A DNA stretch of 64,000 nucleotides from Treponema sp. (GCA_031281025.1 JAITFY010000126.1:856-64855); one strand, 5' to 3'; positions 39,046 to 49,921 are shown, numbered from the stretch's first letter. Program-made: numbers and translations. Notes: generated by a model not told the origin, from the letters alone.

Positions 39046-41895
39046 ATGAAATTAAAGAGATTTGCCGCTTTTAAAATAATTTTTATTTTATTAACCACGC
39101 TTGTAATTACCTGTACAACAACTCCTAAAATTGATTTTGGGGGTCTTGGAGCCGCTCAGGATAAAATTCCACTTAACAGTAGTGTACTAACTGGTTTTCT
39201 TCCCAATGGGCTGCGTTACATAATATTGGAAAATTCCATGCCGGAAAACCGGGCACATCTAGCGCTTGTTGTAAATGCCGGTTCTGTCGCAGAAAGGGAC
39301 GATCAACGCGGTTTTGCGCATTTTGTTGAGCATATGGCTTTTAAAGGTACAGCACGTTTTCCGGAAATGGAGTTAATCGATTATCTGCGTTCGCTTGGGA
39401 TGCGTTTTGGACCTGATGCAAATGCCTATACATCATACAATGAAACTGTTTACCACTTTGATGTTCCTGTAGAAATTACTGATGGCATTAAACGTATACC
39501 CTCAAGAGCGCTTGCCATTCTTGATGATTGGACTTTTCAGGTAAGTTTTAATCCCGAAGATGTAAAAAGTGAAAGCCGTGTTGTACTTGAAGAAATGCGT
39601 GCCAGGTCTGGAGCGATGGACAGAGTTCGAAAAACAACTTTACCTGTACTTTTTGCCGGTTCTGCGTATGAGCAAAGGGATATAATCGGGCTTGCAGAAA
39701 CAATCGAAAACTCTACATCAGATCAGCTAAGAGAATTCTACGATCGCTGGTATAGAAGCGATAATATGGCGCTTGTATTTGTCGGAGACTTTGATGGAAG
39801 AGTACTTGAAGCGGAACTTTACCGGCATTTTAATATGCCGGCTTCTGCGGAACCTGTAAATCGTCCTTCGTTTAATCTTCCGCCGCCTGTAAGCGGAAAT
39901 TTCCATGTAGAGATTATCACAGATCCGGAACTTACTTCCTCCAGTTTTATGATCTATTACAAACAAAAACAGGGAGCGCCAAGGGGAACTCTAACAAATT
40001 ACCGTCAGTCAATTATCGATCACTTAATTTATATCATGCTTATGAAACGTTTTGATGAAGCGGCTTCTGATCCCTTGTCTGCTTCAAATGATTCATGGGG
40101 TTATATATGGCGATGGGCTTCCAATTCACGTTTTTATACAATGGGAACTCAACCAAAGACAGGTTATGCACAGCAGGCGTTAAGAGAACTGCTTTTGGAA
40201 AAAGAATCCATTCGCCGTTTTGGGTTTACAGAAAGCGAACTTGAACGTGCAAAATTGTCCTTGATTTCGTATATGGAAAACATGTTATCCGAAAAAGACA
40301 GAATGGAATCCCGCACTTTTATCAGAGGATTTACCAATCATTTCCTGTATGGCGAGGATATGGCGGATATCGAGTGGGAAATGAATGCAGTTAATTCACT
40401 TCTTCCTGGAATTACTTCAAGAGAAATTACTTATTCAGTGCGAAATTATTTTGCAGCTAACGATATAACTGTGTTTTTACTCTCTCCTTTGGCAGAAGCG
40501 GAAAGTTTGCCTTCTAAAGAGCGTATTCGCTCTATTTTTACAGAAACGTTAAATGCACGATTAACAAAGCGCCAGGATATTACGCTTTCCGGTGACTTGC
40601 TGGATAGGGTTCCTGCTGCTGCTGAAGTAATTTCTCAGGAACTTGATACGGATACAGGCGCTTATATACTCACTATGGAAAATGGCGCAACGATAATTTT
40701 AAAAGAAACAACAAACAGAAATAACGAAATTATTCTTTACGCTGTTGCAAATGGAGGAACGGCAAATGCAACAGAGGAAACAATAGTTTCTGTAAATCTA
40801 CTTTCGGAAATGATCAATGTTTCCGGTCTTGGACCATATTCACGTACCGATCTAACCAACAAGCTGGCAGGAAAGCAAGTTTCATTTTCTTTTTGGACTT
40901 CCAATTTTAGTAGAGGTTTTCAAGGCTCTTCTACTACTGCGGATTTAATAACGCTTTTTGAAATGATACATCTTTTTTTTACAAATCCAAGACTTGATGA
41001 ACGCTCCATAGCTGCCATGATTGATCAATACAGAACAAACCTGCTTCATCAGGAAGAAAATCCACAAAGGTTTTTTTCACGGGAATTAACAAGGCTTGTA
41101 AACAATAACCATCCGCTGTTTAAACCGCTGGAGCTGGATGATATGGACAGGGTTTCCATAACGCAGGCTTTTTCCTTTTTAAATCGATGCTTAAATCCGG
41201 GCGATTATACTTTTATCTTTACCGGGAATCTAAACCTGCAATTAATCAGGGAATTATCCGCCGTATACATTGCTTCAATTCCGCAAAGAACTTCCATGAA
41301 CAGTTGGACAGACCCCGAAATTAACCGCCCGTTAGGAGGCAGAAGGACAATTAACAAAGGAGTAGACGAGCGTTGTATTGTGTATCTACGCTGGGCTGTA
41401 CAGGGCTCATCCCTCTTTGATGAGCAAAAAAATCAGGTAACAGCGGTTTTATCAGAGTATATTGACATATTGTTGACTGACGAAATCCGCGAAAAAATGA
41501 GCGGAGTTTACTCAATATCCTCAGGAGCATCTGTATCTGTTATTCCAACCGGTGAGTACAGGATAAATGTCTATTTTATATGCAATCCAGATCGTGCAGA
41601 AGAATTAATCGCTGCTGTTAAGAATTCCTTAACAAGTTTATACACATTGCCCCTTAACATTGAAACATTTAACAAGGCAAAAGAAGCTCTGTTTATGGGA
41701 CACGAAAGATCAATGCAGCAAAATCTGCACATAGCTCAAAGTTATGCCAATTCATCAGTTCTTTTTAACACACCATTAAACAGGTTAAACCAAAGACCTG
41801 ATGCGATAAGGGCAGTTACTGTGCAGGATGTGCAGGCATTAAGCCGCCAGATTCTTGTAAATGCTCCACTTGAGCTGATTTTATTTCCAGAATAA
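39046..41895 (+). CDS. M16 family zinc protease (PqqL-like), probable lipoprotein
   Basis: HFVEH inverted zincin motif, NAYTS and two-half M16 architecture. Signal peptide ends in VITC. Confidence 0.92.
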   Translation: MKLKRFAAFKIIFILLTTLVITCTTTPKIDFGGLGAAQDKIPLNSSVLTGFLPNGLRYIILENSMPENRAHLALVVNAGSVAERDDQRGFAHFVEHMAFKGTARFPEMELIDYLRSLGMRFGPDANAYTSYNETVYHFDVPVEITDGIKRIPSRALAILDDWTFQVSFNPEDVKSESRVVLEEMRARSGAMDRVRKTTLPVLFAGSAYEQRDIIGLAETIENSTSDQLREFYDRWYRSDNMALVFVGDFDGRVLEAELYRHFNMPASAEPVNRPSFNLPPPVSGNFHVEIITDPELTSSSFMIYYKQKQGAPRGTLTNYRQSIIDHLIYIMLMKRFDEAASDPLSASNDSWGYIWRWASNSRFYTMGTQPKTGYAQQALRELLLEKESIRRFGFTESELERAKLSLISYMENMLSEKDRMESRTFIRGFTNHFLYGEDMADIEWEMNAVNSLLPGITSREITYSVRNYFAANDITVFLLSPLAEAESLPSKERIRSIFTETLNARLTKRQDITLSGDLLDRVPAAAEVISQELDTDTGAYILTMENGATIILKETTNRNNEIILYAVANGGTANATEETIVSVNLLSEMINVSGLGPYSRTDLTNKLAGKQVSFSFWTSNFSRGFQGSSTTADLITLFEMIHLFFTNPRLDERSIAAMIDQYRTNLLHQEENPQRFFSRELTRLVNNNHPLFKPLELDDMDRVSITQAFSFLNRCLNPGDYTFIFTGNLNLQLIRELSAVYIASIPQRTSMNSWTDPEINRPLGGRRTINKGVDERCIVYLRWAVQGSSLFDEQKNQVTAVLSEYIDILLTDEIREKMSGVYSISSGASVSVIPTGEYRINVYFICNPDRAEELIAAVKNSLTSLYTLPLNIETFNKAKEALFMGHERSMQQNLHIAQSYANSSVLFNTPLNRLNQRPDAIRAVTVQDVQALSRQILVNAPLELILFPE

Positions 41896-41906
41896 AAGAT
41901 AATTTG

Positions 41907-42887
41907 TTAACTGTTAATTGCTATTTTGTATGCTTCCCAGCTTGTTTTTATCAATGTTTCCATGTCCGAATACCGGGCTTTCCAGCCAAGTAATTCGCTG
42001 GCAAGCGAACATGATGCCGTAAGTTTTGCAGGATCTCCGCTGCGTCTTTCAACTGTTTTTGCAGGTATTGGTTTTCCTGTAATTTTGCGTGCAGTTTCGA
42101 GTACCTGAGTTACAGAGAAACCTTGTTCGCTGCCAAGATTAATGGTAATGCTTTTATCATTTTTTATTATATAATCCAATGCAGAAACATGTCCTTTTGC
42201 CAAATCATTTACATGAATATAATCACGTATACAGGTGCCGTCGGTTGTATCATAATCATTGCCAAAAACCTGCATTTCTTTTCTTATACCAATTGCGGTT
42301 TCCATAATAATCGGAATTAGATTTGCAGGATTTTGTTCAAGGCCTTTTATACGGCTATCAATATCGTAACCTGCGGCATTAAAATAACGAAGCGCAGCAA
42401 AACGGATATTTTTAAGTTTATCGTACCATTCCAAAAGACGTTCAATATCGAGCTTTGTAAAGCCATAAAAGTTTTCCGGTACTGTAGGGTGTTTTTCATC
42501 AATAGGAAGATACTGAGGTTCGCCGTAAACGGCAGCACTGGATGAAAAAACAATATTTTTAATACCTCCCTGACAGGCTGCATTTAAAATGTTGATAGTA
42601 CCCATGATATTGTTTCTGGCGTATTTCCCGGGGTTTAACATAGATTCTCCAGCCGCCTTAAATGCTGCCAGGTGAATAAGCGCATCAAAAGATGTATTTG
42701 TCATAACATCAAGTAAACATGGAAAATCCAAAATATCGCCATGAATGAATAACGCTTCCTTATAAAGATTTTGCCGAAGCCCGCTGGACAAATTGTCATA
42801 AACCGTACAATTATGACCATTATCCAAAAATTCCCTTGTTACATGGCTGCCGATATAGCCGGCTCCGCCGATTACCAATATATTCAT
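41907..42887 (-). CDS. galE: UDP-glucose 4-epimerase
   Basis: GGAGYIGSH, FSSSAAVYG, YGFTK, LRYFNAAG and DGTCIRDYIHV. Confidence 0.96.
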   Translation of the reverse strand: MNILVIGGAGYIGSHVTREFLDNGHNCTVYDNLSSGLRQNLYKEALFIHGDILDFPCLLDVMTNTSFDALIHLAAFKAAGESMLNPGKYARNNIMGTINILNAACQGGIKNIVFSSSAAVYGEPQYLPIDEKHPTVPENFYGFTKLDIERLLEWYDKLKNIRFAALRYFNAAGYDIDSRIKGLEQNPANLIPIIMETAIGIRKEMQVFGNDYDTTDGTCIRDYIHVNDLAKGHVSALDYIIKNDKSITINLGSEQGFSVTQVLETARKITGKPIPAKTVERRSGDPAKLTASCSLASELLGWKARYSDMETLIKTSWEAYKIAINS

Positions 42888-42934
42888 GATTGTAGTATAT
42901 CAGGTTTTTAATAAAATAACTAGAAGAAAAATCG

Positions 42935-44908
42935 CTATTTAAAGATGTTTTCAATCTCGCAAACAATTTTTTCCCACTCAAGGGTTTTGGCTTCGATGTT
43001 TTCTGAACATTCATCCAGTTTTCGTTTAACGTCTTTTGCCTTTTCGCCGTTTGAGTAAACTTCAGGTAACGTTAGTTCTGTTTCAAGAGCGAGTTTCATC
43101 GCTTCCAGTTCTTCAAGCTCCTTTAAAATTTCCGCTTCCTGCCTTTGGAGCCTTCTAAGCGCTGCCTGTTTTTGTTTGTTTTCTGTTCTTTGCAATTTAT
43201 TTTCAGATAGCGGCTCATTGTTAATTGTTCTCTGTTCATTATTAACTATATAATGATTACTGAGTCTGTCGAAGTAATATGCATAATTACCATAAAACAG
43301 CTTTGCTTTGCAGGGAGAAAAGGCAGTTTGTGCAGAAAGTTCCAGGGTTTTTGTAGACAGCTCTTCCATAAAAGCCCTGTCATGAGAAACGAAGATAATT
43401 GTCCCGTCAAATTTTTTAAGGGCATCAAGTAAAATATCTTTGGAATAAAGGTCAAGATGATTGGTAGGTTCATCCAGAATAAGAAGATTCATGGGTTTTA
43501 GAAACATTTTAAGAAGTGCAAGGCGGCTTTTTTCCCCGCCGGAAAGTACAGAAACACTCTTGTATACATCATCACCGCGAAACAGGAAAGCGCCCAGCAT
43601 GTCACGTAATTTGGGGACAAGATGAGTTGGAGCTTCTTTTTCCATGTACTCTAAAATAGATTCGGAAGAATTAAGCGCTTCTGCAGCATCCTGGCAGAAA
43701 TACCCCGTTTTTATTCCGGCCCCGTATTTTATCTCCCCTTCGTAATTGGCATCTGCACCTGCAATAATGCGAAGGAGTGTCGATTTGCCAGCGCCATTGG
43801 GGCCTGCGACAACAAGCCTTTCTTTTTTTTCAAGGCACAAATCCAGCTTGTCAAGCACACGAAGGTCTTTATAACTTTTTCCGATACCTTCCAGAGTTAA
43901 TACGACATTAGGTGAATGCGGCGGCGGCGGAAAACTGATATTTATTTTTTTAAACGATTCGGGTATTACAATTCGCTCCATCTTTTCAAGACGTTTTACC
44001 AAATCCTGTGCAAAAGCTGCCTTGCTTGCTTTATATCTAAAACGGCGAATCAGCGCTTCTGTTTTGGCAATTTCTTCCTGTTGTTCTTCATACCGTTTTA
44101 CAAGAGAAGTTAGCTCAATCTGGCGTGTTTTTTCATATGTGCTGTAATTTCCGGTAAAACGTGTAAGGTTTCCGTTAAAAATTTCGTATACTTCGTTTAC
44201 GCAAACATCAAGAAAATACCTGTCGTGCGAAACCAGCATAAAACCTCCGGAAAATGTTTCCAGCCATTTTTCCAGCCAGTATCTTGCTTCTATGTCAAGG
44301 TAATTTGTCGGTTCATCCAAAAGCAGAATATCTGGTTTTTCGAGCAGTACTTTTGCAAGAGCTATACGCATCTGCCAGCCGCTGGAAAATTCTCCAACAT
44401 CACGTTTTATATCGTTTTTTGAAAAACCAAGACCTGTTAGAACCGAATAAATATCTGCTTCACGCCTGTAGTAACCCGATTTTTCAATTTGCTCCTGTAA
44501 ACTATGATGTTCTTCGATTAGATTTTTTGTTGAACTGTCGCTTTTTGCGTTATCAAGCAAATCTCCAATTTCTTCCATACGTTCAATCAATGTATGGATA
44601 AAATCAAAAGCTTCTTCCGCTTCCTGCCGTAAAGTTTTTCCATGATGAACAATCCCGGGATTATTAATCCCAGATTGCGGAAGATAAGAAATACGTGTGT
44701 TTTTTTGTATAGAGATTTCTCCGTGGTCGGCATTTGTAATTCCGGCAATTATTTTCATTAAGGTGGATTTACCTGATCCATTAGCCCCTGCAAGACAAAC
44801 CCGTGTCCCTGCAGCAAGCCGTAGTGTTATATCTGTAAGTAAATCTCTGTCGCCAAAACTAATGCTGATGCGAGAAAACTGAACAAAGGCAGTTCCTGTC
44901 TGCGGCAT
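42935..44908 (-). CDS. ABC-F family ATPase
   Basis: Two NBDs (GANGSGKST, GPNGAGKST), DEPTN twice, no TM domain and a C-terminal coiled coil. Confidence 0.93.
   Translation of the reverse strand: MPQTGTAFVQFSRISISFGDRDLLTDITLRLAAGTRVCLAGANGSGKSTLMKIIAGITNADHGEISIQKNTRISYLPQSGINNPGIVHHGKTLRQEAEEAFDFIHTLIERMEEIGDLLDNAKSDSSTKNLIEEHHSLQEQIEKSGYYRREADIYSVLTGLGFSKNDIKRDVGEFSSGWQMRIALAKVLLEKPDILLLDEPTNYLDIEARYWLEKWLETFSGGFMLVSHDRYFLDVCVNEVYEIFNGNLTRFTGNYSTYEKTRQIELTSLVKRYEEQQEEIAKTEALIRRFRYKASKAAFAQDLVKRLEKMERIVIPESFKKINISFPPPPHSPNVVLTLEGIGKSYKDLRVLDKLDLCLEKKERLVVAGPNGAGKSTLLRIIAGADANYEGEIKYGAGIKTGYFCQDAAEALNSSESILEYMEKEAPTHLVPKLRDMLGAFLFRGDDVYKSVSVLSGGEKSRLALLKMFLKPMNLLILDEPTNHLDLYSKDILLDALKKFDGTIIFVSHDRAFMEELSTKTLELSAQTAFSPCKAKLFYGNYAYYFDRLSNHYIVNNEQRTINNEPLSENKLQRTENKQKQAALRRLQRQEAEILKELEELEAMKLALETELTLPEVYSNGEKAKDVKRKLDECSENIEAKTLEWEKIVCEIENIFK
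43208..43249 (-). repeat. Degenerate heptamer tandem repeat inside the ABC-F gene
   Basis: Minus strand ATAGTTA-ATAATGA-ACAGAGA-ACAATTA-ACAATGA-GCCGCTA. Confidence 0.75.
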
Positions 44909-44909
44909 T

Positions 44910-46256
44910 TTAGAAAGGTGAATCCCTGTAAAAGTAAATCACCATAGGAGAAGAAGACCTGCGCATAACGGTAAAATCTTCTATGTCTGAACCGGAAACA
45001 ATTTCAAGTCGAAGCCCCTGGCTGTCAATAGCATACATAAAGCAGAAAATATTATTTGTTCTTATATCTGTAAATTGCATGGTAAAAGCGCCGTCGTAAC
45101 TATCTTCAAAAAAAGGAGCGATAAAAAGATCCATATTGATGCGGCCAACGCCGCTTGTTTCTTCCGGAAAAAGTTGAGGAACAAGAAGGTCAAAACCAGT
45201 CCATGCAAAATCACCTGTACTGATAAATGTTAAAGTTCCAAAATTACTGCTGGTAAACGTTGGTCCTTGATTAAAAACAGATAAAAAAAGTTCTTCTCTG
45301 CGGGCAGCTTCCTGCATAATAATATTATTAATGTCAGTAGGAAGTACAACAAAAGATAAAGTACGCCTTAAACCTGTATTGTCTGTAAATTGAACCGAAA
45401 GTAAATTGTTTTGCAACAAAGACATACTCAAACTGGTTCCTTCGAAACGCCAGGAACGTTCTCCTTCCAGGATAATTCTTTCGTAGCTGAATTGTCTTTC
45501 AAGATCCGGAAGCAGTATTCTTGCAACACCAGTATCCTGTCCGGGTTCAAAACGGTATCTTCGTTCAAAAGATTGTATATTAATACGGCTTGAGTTTATC
45601 ATCTGTAAATAAAACTCGGCAAACCATGTATTTGAAAAAATCATTTCCAGGTTAGGGTCTCTTACAGTATCTCCCTGTATTTGCTCTTGAGCTGTAATAT
45701 TTCTGTCGTTTTGATCAAATAGTCTTAATCTGAACGAAAAGCAAAAACCAGTAGATCCATCACTGGTAAGCACTTTAAACCATTCGCCGGGCAGCGGCTC
45801 TCCTGTAGTGCTAATTGGCGGGTTACCTTGTACCCTCTCAAGAATTTTGATAATTTCTCCGGCACGAAGACGGTACACACGACGGGCGCTGTTATCGGGA
45901 CTTTCGCGTATGGGAAGCCCGTCTTGCAGGTTTTCTGCGTAGATGTGTGCAAATTCCGCAAAGTCTGCAGCACGGGTTTCTGTTCTTCTTCTCTTCCCAT
46001 GAAATTCCAGTTGAGAAAGAGGGATTTCTATTTTATCAATACTTTTATCACTTCTTAATTCTTCCGGGATGCCGATAACCCAAATTTGTTCGATATTGGA
46101 CCGGATATAGACCGGTAAAACAGTACCAGACATAATTGGCGGATCTTCGATAGACCACAACAAAACCCCATACCCCATTTTTCCTGAACAGGAAGATAAC
46201 AACGAGGCAAAAGAAAGAATGAAAAAAATCGATACTAGTTTATTTCTGTAAGTCAT
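44910..46256 (-). CDS. SH3-domain lipoprotein
   Basis: Lipobox LSS-C. SH3b-like segment LPIRESPD...VYRLRAGE...WFKV...GFCF. Confidence 0.75.
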   Translation of the reverse strand: MTYRNKLVSIFFILSFASLLSSCSGKMGYGVLLWSIEDPPIMSGTVLPVYIRSNIEQIWVIGIPEELRSDKSIDKIEIPLSQLEFHGKRRRTETRAADFAEFAHIYAENLQDGLPIRESPDNSARRVYRLRAGEIIKILERVQGNPPISTTGEPLPGEWFKVLTSDGSTGFCFSFRLRLFDQNDRNITAQEQIQGDTVRDPNLEMIFSNTWFAEFYLQMINSSRINIQSFERRYRFEPGQDTGVARILLPDLERQFSYERIILEGERSWRFEGTSLSMSLLQNNLLSVQFTDNTGLRRTLSFVVLPTDINNIIMQEAARREELFLSVFNQGPTFTSSNFGTLTFISTGDFAWTGFDLLVPQLFPEETSGVGRINMDLFIAPFFEDSYDGAFTMQFTDIRTNNIFCFMYAIDSQGLRLEIVSGSDIEDFTVMRRSSSPMVIYFYRDSPF

Positions 46257-46322
46257 ATAATAAAACAAAAAATCCCAAATAAAAGGCCTGTGTTTTTTGC
46301 GGTTCGTGTTACACCTGGTAAT

Positions 46323-46595
46323 TTACTCAACTACCGCAATGATATCGGCCATTTTAAGAATCAAATGTTCATCTGTGCCAATTTTAACCTGAGTTCCTGC
46401 ATATTTGTCATGCATTACCTTATCGCCGATATTTACCATGATTTTTTCTTTTTCTGTACCTGGCCCAACCGCTGTAACTATTCCAATTTGGGTTTTTTCC
46501 TGAGCAGTATCGGGAATAATAATTCCAGATGCGGTTTTGGCTTCATTTTTTTCCAGTTTTACAAGGACACGGTCCAGTAAAGGTTTAATTTTCAT
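46323..46595 (-). CDS. groES: Co-chaperonin GroES
   Basis: IKPLLDRVLV, TASGIIIPDTAQEK, AVGPG and KYAGT. Confidence 0.97.
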   Translation of the reverse strand: MKIKPLLDRVLVKLEKNEAKTASGIIIPDTAQEKTQIGIVTAVGPGTEKEKIMVNIGDKVMHDKYAGTQVKIGTDEHLILKMADIIAVVE

Positions 46596-46630
46596 GTGTT
46601 TCCTCCGTACATAATTATGATTATTGATTT

Positions 46631-46659
46631 AATATATATCAAACATATTCTTGTGTCAA
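46631..46659 (-). promoter_or_regulatory. Sigma70 promoter of groES
   Basis: Minus strand TTGACA, 17 bp, TATATT. No CIRCE inverted repeat visible. Confidence 0.7.
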
Positions 46660-46678
46660 GGCGGTAATAAATATAAAA

Positions 46679-48376
46679 TTAAAAAAACAATCTATCCAGC
46701 TCCAGCTGTGCGCCCATATTTTCCGGGTCTAAATCCAATGCGTACAAAAGCACACGGATAGCTTCGCTGGAGCGGCCAAGGTTAATAAAGCATTTTGCAA
46801 TACGGTGCTGGATACGGGAGGCAGTTTTTGGATTCTGCGGTGTTGATGATTGTATTTTTGAGGCTGCCAGTTCGTATTGGGTAAAAGCACGGGAAACAGA
46901 ACGCTGCTCATCATAGATTCGCCCAAGATTTGCATGAACCGGCCAGTTGGCATTAAATGCCGCATCATTTGCCGCAATACGAAGCAGAATGTCTTCCGCT
47001 ATTGAAAGGCTGCCTTCGTTCATCAAATGTAAAGCTCTGTAAATATCGATCCATGAACCATGAAAATTCTGCCTGCCTAACCTGTCGATAAAAATTGGAA
47101 TTTCGTCAAAACGCCGCTGGAAAAAGAAATGCCAGGCTGCCCATTCATGGAGATTTTCATTTTCATCATGACGATCTAAAAGCAGCCAGGTTTCCGCTAT
47201 TCTGCGATCAAGACCCCAGGATTCCCGGTGGCGTTTATTAATTTCCAGATCGATATAAGGGGAATTAAAGGGCGAAAGACTGATATTTGTTTGTAGTATT
47301 ACATTAGCCCTGGACAAGTCAAAGAGGCGGCTATAACGTATTAGTCCAAAAATATGGCTGTTTGAATTGGAGGAAGCATTGTTTACAAGCGTTTCAAGAA
47401 AGTGAACAGCATCTGTTTGCCTGTTTTGTTCCTGTGCCAAAAATGCCAAATTGTAAAGGGTATTTTCAAAGTAAGCTGTATTCGCCTCATTTCCATTTAA
47501 CTCTGTTTGCGCCAAAATGTTCCAGATGATTTTTGCATTCTCATGAAAACCTGCAAGGTAAAGCGCATCAGCTTCTCTTACTGCCGCCTTTTTATCGCCA
47601 ATTTGAGAAAAAATTTCTGCACTGCGTATTAAACTTCCAAAATCAAAAGTATATTCTGCGGCAAAGCGCAGTACATCATTGGAAATTGTTTCTGATGAAT
47701 TAAGCATTGTCTGAATATCTGTTTGAGCTCCCAAAAAATCATTTCGCAGTATTTTTAAAGCAGCCAAATTAATATCAATGGCCTCGTTACCGGATGAAGT
47801 TATGTCAAAAATATACCGGCTGCCTGTTTGAGGGGTTTTAAAATCACCTAACAGGATGTGAAGGCTGGTACAAATCGAATTATAGGAAGAGTCGTCTAAA
47901 AAATGCGCAGAAGTCATTAAAGGCAGCCACTGACGCAGTTTAAGTTCATTTTCTGTTGTGATTGCAGAATTTTTAACAAGCGCTGCGGCATTAAGTGTTA
48001 TAATGGGAACAGAAACCGGAAAATTATTTAACGCATTATTTAAAGATCTATGATAGTTGGATAAAGAAGGCGGATGAAAATTAGAAAGCGCTCTTCGCCT
48101 CTTAAGAACCGAAAGCCACGATTCAACCGAGACTGTATTTCTTTCCAGGCGGTCCAGTTCGCGGTTAAGAAAAACAAACTCGTTTTCTGTACCAAAAATT
48201 TCCAAAAGAGCAGCATCGTATTCACGAAGAATAATGTTAAAATTATTGAGTCGTCGAGTAGTTCTTGTATCGTTTCTTTGTATTAAAACAAAAACAAATA
48301 AAATAATGCCAAAAACAATTAAAAAGATGAGGCCGGTTAACATTGTTAAACGCAGTAATTCTGTTTTTTTAATCAT
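46679..48376 (-). CDS. Membrane-anchored TPR-like hypothetical protein
   Basis: N-terminal TM segment. C-terminal TPRs (ANLGRIY, ALDLDPEN). Confidence 0.7.
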   Translation of the reverse strand: MIKKTELLRLTMLTGLIFLIVFGIILFVFVLIQRNDTRTTRRLNNFNIILREYDAALLEIFGTENEFVFLNRELDRLERNTVSVESWLSVLKRRRALSNFHPPSLSNYHRSLNNALNNFPVSVPIITLNAAALVKNSAITTENELKLRQWLPLMTSAHFLDDSSYNSICTSLHILLGDFKTPQTGSRYIFDITSSGNEAIDINLAALKILRNDFLGAQTDIQTMLNSSETISNDVLRFAAEYTFDFGSLIRSAEIFSQIGDKKAAVREADALYLAGFHENAKIIWNILAQTELNGNEANTAYFENTLYNLAFLAQEQNRQTDAVHFLETLVNNASSNSNSHIFGLIRYSRLFDLSRANVILQTNISLSPFNSPYIDLEINKRHRESWGLDRRIAETWLLLDRHDENENLHEWAAWHFFFQRRFDEIPIFIDRLGRQNFHGSWIDIYRALHLMNEGSLSIAEDILLRIAANDAAFNANWPVHANLGRIYDEQRSVSRAFTQYELAASKIQSSTPQNPKTASRIQHRIAKCFINLGRSSEAIRVLLYALDLDPENMGAQLELDRLFF

Positions 48377-48378
48377 AG

Positions 48379-48804
48379 TTATTCGCCTGTTAGCAAGGTT
48401 TTACGGATACTATCAAGTACGCCGTTTATAAATTTATAGGAATCATCGCTGCCATATTCCCTGCAAATACCGATAGCCTCATCTATAACAATAGAAGGAG
48501 CTGTTTCTTTTTGATACAAAAGCGAATAGGTTGAAATCCTTAAAACTGCAAGGTCAACACGGTTAAGACGTGTGATATCCCAATTATCCAAATGCTTTTT
48601 TATAAGAGAATCAATGTTTATTATATTTTCGATGGTGCCTGCGGTTAAAAGTGTAGAAAAACAGGACAGCTCAGAGCCTAATTTTTTTATTTTTTCTTCT
48701 TCAAGCCAGGCAAAAGAAGTTAACTCATCTACAGGTACTTTATTCGCTTCCCAAAAATAGAGAGCCTGAAAAGCAAGGATGCGTGCTTTCCGCCTGGAAG
48801 CCAT
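48379..48804 (-). CDS. nusB: Transcription antitermination factor NusB
   Basis: SRRKARILAFQALY, RLNRVDLAVLR, IDEA and FINGVLD. Confidence 0.96.
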   Translation of the reverse strand: MASRRKARILAFQALYFWEANKVPVDELTSFAWLEEEKIKKLGSELSCFSTLLTAGTIENIINIDSLIKKHLDNWDITRLNRVDLAVLRISTYSLLYQKETAPSIVIDEAIGICREYGSDDSYKFINGVLDSIRKTLLTGE

Positions 48805-48822
48805 AAAATTACTCCAAAAAAC

Positions 48823-49863
48823 CTACCATCTTATGTTATCTGCAAATATCTGAAATGTTCTGCCTGTTCTTAATTCGTCAATAAGCTCTTGGCTTGCCTG
48901 ACCCAAAACTGCCTGTTGTCTTTGATTTAACATACCCTGTCCAATAAGATCCCTGACTGTAATTCGTGTTCCAAGTTGAACAATATCTGTTAATTCCAGG
49001 TTTTTTTCTGCATAATTTTCTGTTACTTTGACAATGTGAAAAGCTTGCGTTCCTTCTATGAGACGGGAAACCTGTCCCTGCCTTAAAGCGAATGCAATAT
49101 CCATGAACTGTTGTCCCATTAATTGTCTGGCTTCCTGAGTCCTTGGAAGGTAACCTGCATCTCCCGCCTGAAAGCCGGAATTAGGCGCAACACTGCGGGC
49201 TGCAACCTCATCAAATTTTGAAGGATCGTTGCCAATTTCCCGAACCAGTGAGTCTGCAAGCGTTCTGGCTCTTGCACGGGATGCGGCATCCGGTCCATAA
49301 GGAACCTGAATCATGGTGACACGAATTGTTTCCGGGCGGACAAGGGTGCTTCTTAAAAGAACATACTCCGCACGGATTTCTTCATCCGTAGGTTGTCTTA
49401 CAGCACTTATTACATGGCCTTTTTTTTCCATTAGGTACTTTTGCACTATCAACTGTCTGCGTAATTGTTCTCTGAATGTAACCATATCAAGTCCGCTTTC
49501 AGCCCTTATAGCTTGTGCAAATTCAGCGTCTGTAGGCTGGCGTCCTACTTGCTGTGCCATTGCGTTGCGCAACTGTTGGATTTGCATATTTACTTCATTG
49601 TCTGTAACAGTCACTCTGTCACGTTCTGCAGCCTGTAACGCCAGCCGTTCGTTAATCATTACATCCAAAACTTCGAGACGCTCGGCTTGCGGCAATGTTT
49701 GCCCTGAGGCTTGTTCCAGACGGGTTACTTCGGTACGCAGCTGGCCTACTGTTATCTGTTCTGTTCTGATCAGGTTGACAGTTGCCGCTGGCTGTAAATT
49801 TGCCTGCGAAAAACCGCTGACCGCCGCTAAAATACCAATAAAAACAAATATTATCCGTTTCAT
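48823..49863 (-). CDS. SurA/PrsA-like periplasmic chaperone with a parvulin PPIase domain
   Basis: Signal peptide, SurA N-domain (INERLALQAAER) and parvulin-like motifs FDEVA...GDAGY...FHIVKV. Confidence 0.85.
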   Translation of the reverse strand: MKRIIFVFIGILAAVSGFSQANLQPAATVNLIRTEQITVGQLRTEVTRLEQASGQTLPQAERLEVLDVMINERLALQAAERDRVTVTDNEVNMQIQQLRNAMAQQVGRQPTDAEFAQAIRAESGLDMVTFREQLRRQLIVQKYLMEKKGHVISAVRQPTDEEIRAEYVLLRSTLVRPETIRVTMIQVPYGPDAASRARARTLADSLVREIGNDPSKFDEVAARSVAPNSGFQAGDAGYLPRTQEARQLMGQQFMDIAFALRQGQVSRLIEGTQAFHIVKVTENYAEKNLELTDIVQLGTRITVRDLIGQGMLNQRQQAVLGQASQELIDELRTGRTFQIFADNIRW

Positions 49864-49921
49864 ATTATTCCTTTCCTATTATCAATGTATCATATAATCA
49901 AACAAACTTAAAGACCAAAAG

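Noticed and set aside
46323-46595. groES without groEL
   Set aside because: Separation of groES and groEL is known in Treponema and Borrelia.
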